Shown piece after piece: positions 63,120 to 64,000 of a DNA stretch of 64,000 nt (position 1 is its first letter; every line of letters begins with the position of its first letter). Made by a program: the position numbers and the translations under genes. The stretch is from the human T2T-CHM13v2.0 reference genome, Homo sapiens, in assembly GCF_009914755.1 (NCBI RefSeq), contig NC_060941.1, one strand, 5' to 3'. Under the pieces are notes generated by a model. It was not told the DNA's origin, ran no database searches, and saw only the letters and a list, made by a program, of their open reading frames with translations.

Positions 63120-63453
63120 TAGTCAGCCCCCTGTGTCCATAGTTCTGCACCTGTGGATTCAACCAACTGCAGATCAAAAACATTCCAGAAAAAAAAATCC
63201 ACAAAGTTCCAAAAAGCAAGACTTAAATTTTCTTCACACCAAGTACTACATTGAATCCACATGAATGAAGTGATGCACAGGCGTTGTGTTAGGCATTATA
63301 AGTAATCTAGAGATTATTTAAAGTATATAGGAAGAGGGGAGTAGGTTATATGCAAACACTAAGCCATTTATGTCAGGAACTTGAGCATCCTTGGATTCTG
63401 GTATCCACAGGGCATCCTGGAACCAATCCCCCATGGATACTAAGGGTCAACTG
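63120..63453 (-). mobile_element. MER2/MER2B (TcMar-Tigger)
   Basis: ggattcaaccaac...taagtaatctagaga...ggaaccaatcccccatggatac...ctgTA. Confidence 0.8.
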
Positions 63454-64000
63454 TACCTAATTTTAGAATTATTTTTAAATTAGCAAGTCAAAACCCCCTG
63501 GACAGAGTGTTTTAAACAAATCAAATGATATCCTATATCTGGTCTTGCAACACTCTTTTTTTTTTTTTCTCTGAGCTATGTGTTGTGCAGAATTTTCATA
63601 AATCTAGCAGTTCAAGGGAGCTATAGCATTAGGGAATCATTTGACACAAAATAAATTTTAAAGGAAGTTCACAGCTGGCCTGATGCCCCACATTGAGCGA
63701 ATGCCTCAGATCACAGGATATGCATATCAGTTGGTTAAAATATGCAGATACACTTGGTATCGATATCCAAAAATATCAAAGGGAGGTTTGCACAAGGAGA
63801 GAGCCAAAGCACTGTGGCATGTTTGAGAGGTGAGAGGGCATGCCAGTGGGATCTAATTATAAATCCCAGGCTGCTGAGGTTTTCATGCTTGACACAGAGA
63901 TTAAAATAACTCAAAAACAAACAGTCACAGATTTCAGCCAAAAACACGCTGTTCTTTAGTGGAATAGTTACTCCAGAGCTTCCAAGAAATTTCAGAAGGT

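Overview
Human genomic DNA, repeat-rich (Alu, L1, L2, MIR, MaLR LTRs, DNA transposons). I recognise it from memory as the 5' end of the minus-strand lncRNA LINC00673/SLNCR (17q24.3; merged into LINC00511 in some annotations). A CpG-island promoter with a TATA box, GC boxes and an ACTAYRnnnCCCR motif lies at ~57.8-57.95 kb. Exon 1 spans ~57805-57201, and everything to its left is most likely intronic. Exon 1 holds a 108-codon ATG ORF (57563-57237) whose length matches the reported micro-protein RASON; this is the only credible CDS. The other ORF-track entries are L1 ORF2 remnants, Alu or low-complexity artefacts, or GC-rich chance ORFs. I see no wholly new multi-gene system. The least-explained signals are: (1) a ~120-bp copy of unique sequence pasted into an Alu 2.6 kb away; (2) a divergent set of CTCF motifs; (3) a fold-back Alu hairpin that pairs fully only on the transcribed strand; (4) features that could switch RASON on or off (an internal 5' splice site, NMD geometry); (5) a twin-primed L1PA2; (6) a 40-bp micro-L1; (7) a MER85 with an intact CSB-PGBD3 palindrome. 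Repeat subfamily calls and boundaries were made by eye.
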